Source of the DNA: Pelagomonas calceolata
Taxonomy: Eukaryota
DNA length: 64,000 nucleotides
Assembly: GCA_918797485.1 (NCBI GenBank)
Contig: CAKKNE010000003.1
Coordinates: 4,650,001-4,714,000 of the forward strand
Direction of reading: 5' to 3'
Part shown: positions 61,862 to 64,000 of the stretch, piece after piece
Layout of the letters: each line of letters opens with the position of its first letter
Position numbering within the stretch: position 1 is the stretch's first letter
Notes under the pieces: generated by a model
What the model was told of the DNA's origin: nothing
Seen by the model: the letters and a program-made list of their open reading frames with translations, nothing else
Database searches by the model: none
Program-made: the position numbers and the translations under genes

Positions 61862-63775
61862 ATGGACTTGCCGCCGCGCCCCGCGGCCGCCGGCCGCGTG
61901 CGCGGCATCTATGCGCGCGAGGACGAGGCGGCGGCGTTCCTCCGGCGCGGCATCCCGACCTTCGCCACGGGCGACGCCTGCTCCGCGTGGATCCGGCAGC
62001 ACTGCGCCTCCCAGCAACCTCTGTCGAACCCCGAGCGGCCGCACATGCAGCAGCTCTTCACGACGAGCGTGACGGAGGCCCAGCTCCGCGCGCACGTGGT
62101 GGACGCGCGCGGCGCGTACCTCGCGGCGCCGACGAGCTCGGCGCGGCGCGACACGCCCGGCAACCGCTGGACGGCCGGCCGGGCGAAGCTGGTAGGGGAG
62201 GAGATCGACGCGCGACTGGCGTCGCCGCTCCACGACAAGCGCCCGCCGGCGGCCGCGCTCGCGACCCTGAGGTACGCCTGGTCGCACCTGCGCTGCGGCG
62301 TCTACGTCCTGATCCGGGACGGTCGCGTTAAAATTTTCGCGCCGTTCTGCAACCAGGACTACGCGAACGGCTGGGGCGCCTCCCTCAGGTTGGGGGGCGA
62401 CCTGGGCGTCGACGCCTACTACAGGCGGAAGCGGGAGAGGTGCGGCGGCCGCGAGGAGTTCGTGCTCAAGGACAAGTCGGCGTGGTGGGCGAACGGCAAC
62501 GTCGTCTGCAACGAGCACTCGCAGGAGGGGCTGCCCGCCCATCTGTCGCAGCTCTGGGGCGACCGGTTCCTGGCGCCCTTGAGGCACATGCTCGACGAGG
62601 TCTGCGCGACGCGGCGCGTCGGCGACTGCGAGTTTTTCGTAAACAAGCGGGACTACCCGCAGCTCAAGGCGAACGCGTCGGAGCCCTACGGGTTCATGAT
62701 CGACAGCGACGACCGCGACCCGGCGCAGGACGCCACGCTGCCGCGACTCAGGCGGGGGACGAAGCTCGCCCCGGTGCTGTCCTTTTATACTTCCTCCGTC
62801 TTCGCCGACCTCGCGCTGCCGCCGTCCGAGGACTGGGAGGCGGCCGTCGGCGAGGTCTTCCCGCCGTCGTTCGAGCACAAGGACGGAGCTCCTCAGGTCA
62901 AGCCGCGCGACCTGTTCACGGAGGCCAAGTTCCGAAAGTTCGAGAGGAGCTGGGCGGACAAGAGGGAGACGGCGTTCTTCCGCGGCACGGCCACCGGCGG
63001 CGGCACCTCTACGGAGACGAACCAGCGCCTCGCGCTCGCGGCCCTCGATTGTCGGACCGAGGGCGGCCTGATCGACTGCAAGCTGACGGGCTGGAACCGC
63101 CGGGACAAGAAGGTGTTCGACGGGCCCGTGACCCACGTCGACCCGGCCGACTTTCGCTTCGCCGCGGGGCGCCAGAACTTCGTGCCGATCTTCGAGCAGT
63201 CCGCTTATAAATATCTGATCTACGTCGAGGGCCACTGCGCCGCCTGCCGCTACGGGTTCATGATGCGGTTGGGGAGCGTGATCCTCAAGGTCGAGTCGCG
63301 GTGCGTCGCCGATCGCACGTGGTACATGCCGCTCCTGCGGCCGTGGGTCGACCACGTGCCGGTGCGCGCCGACTTGTCCGATCTGCTGGATAAAGTGCGG
63401 TGGTGCCGGGCGCACGACGAGGCTTGCAAAAAGATCGCGCGAGAAGCGCGCCGGCTCTGGGACGCGTATTTGGATCGCGACGGCGTCCTGGACTACCTCG
63501 CCTTGACGCTGAACAAGGTCTCCGAGAGCGCCGTGCGACCGCCGGCGTGGCTCGGCGACGCGGACGCGCGGTCGCGGGCGCCGCCCGCGCTCGGCGCGCC
63601 TCGCGCTGACTGCGTCGACGGCGCCCCGTGCGCGCGGTGCGCTTCCGACGCGAGCGCGGCGCGCGCGGCCGCGGCGCCTTTGCAAAAGAGCGCGCCCACC
63701 GCGGCGCAGCCCCGGACGGGGGCCGGCGACGCGGCGCTCCGCGCGCGGCGGCTCAAGCGGCGGCGGGGCGATTAA
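61862..63775 (+). CDS. Glycosyltransferase family 90 (CAP10/KDELC-like)
   Basis: DCEFFVNKRDYP, W.DK.ETAFFRGTATG, YKYLIYVEGH, PLLRPWVDHVPVRADLSDL. Confidence 0.85.
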   Translation: MDLPPRPAAAGRVRGIYAREDEAAAFLRRGIPTFATGDACSAWIRQHCASQQPLSNPERPHMQQLFTTSVTEAQLRAHVVDARGAYLAAPTSSARRDTPGNRWTAGRAKLVGEEIDARLASPLHDKRPPAAALATLRYAWSHLRCGVYVLIRDGRVKIFAPFCNQDYANGWGASLRLGGDLGVDAYYRRKRERCGGREEFVLKDKSAWWANGNVVCNEHSQEGLPAHLSQLWGDRFLAPLRHMLDEVCATRRVGDCEFFVNKRDYPQLKANASEPYGFMIDSDDRDPAQDATLPRLRRGTKLAPVLSFYTSSVFADLALPPSEDWEAAVGEVFPPSFEHKDGAPQVKPRDLFTEAKFRKFERSWADKRETAFFRGTATGGGTSTETNQRLALAALDCRTEGGLIDCKLTGWNRRDKKVFDGPVTHVDPADFRFAAGRQNFVPIFEQSAYKYLIYVEGHCAACRYGFMMRLGSVILKVESRCVADRTWYMPLLRPWVDHVPVRADLSDLLDKVRWCRAHDEACKKIAREARRLWDAYLDRDGVLDYLALTLNKVSESAVRPPAWLGDADARSRAPPALGAPRADCVDGAPCARCASDASAARAAAAPLQKSAPTAAQPRTGAGDAALRARRLKRRRGD

Positions 63776-64000
63776 CCTCTGGAGTTTGTCGATAGTCACA
63801 AGGCTACCATCGTTTCCGCGGAGCCGGTCGGGTGCGATCAAGGACGGGCACGCGTTGCGCGCGACGGAATGGACTAGTCAACTTGAATTCGGGTTTTGGG
63901 GCACGCCTAGGGAGGGGTCTCGGGGGGGCTATCCCCCGCGGGCGTGTACGTAAGCTTGCTGCCAGAAGCGTGCGATAATTGCAATTGATTTTGACTTAAG

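Overview
Gene-dense, very GC-rich eukaryotic DNA from a photosynthetic stramenopile, most likely a pelagophyte (Aureococcus/Pelagomonas-like). This is inferred from an aureochrome gene, a lycopene cyclase with a bipartite-type presequence and Aureococcus-type Introner introns. About 33 protein genes are supportable, including MAPK, KRI1, LCYB, TOP6B, DCXR, OSCA/TMEM63, U2AF65-like, a receptor TKL kinase, eIF3f, a CTL transporter, aureochrome, RRP36, CCDC96, HROB and seven glycosyl- or sulfotransferases. Five structures stand out. (1) Eleven introns can be reconstructed; most are DNA-transposon Introners with an 8-bp TSD supplying the donor and a TIR supplying the AG, in graded states of decay. 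(2) A complete-looking ~4.4-kb DNA transposon (36226-40650) has a 10-11-bp TSD and short TIRs and encodes a three-exon ~1350-aa DDE transposase fused to HhH, OTU-protease and Zn-finger modules. (3) Palindromic GTAC-core arrays sit about 35-135 bp upstream of start codons at nine loci. (4) AT-rich intergenic spacers are built from nested LTR, LINE-tail and unclassified repeats. (5) Those repeats show a CAG>TAG / CA>TA mutation bias. All protein calls come from motif recognition by eye; no database searches were run.
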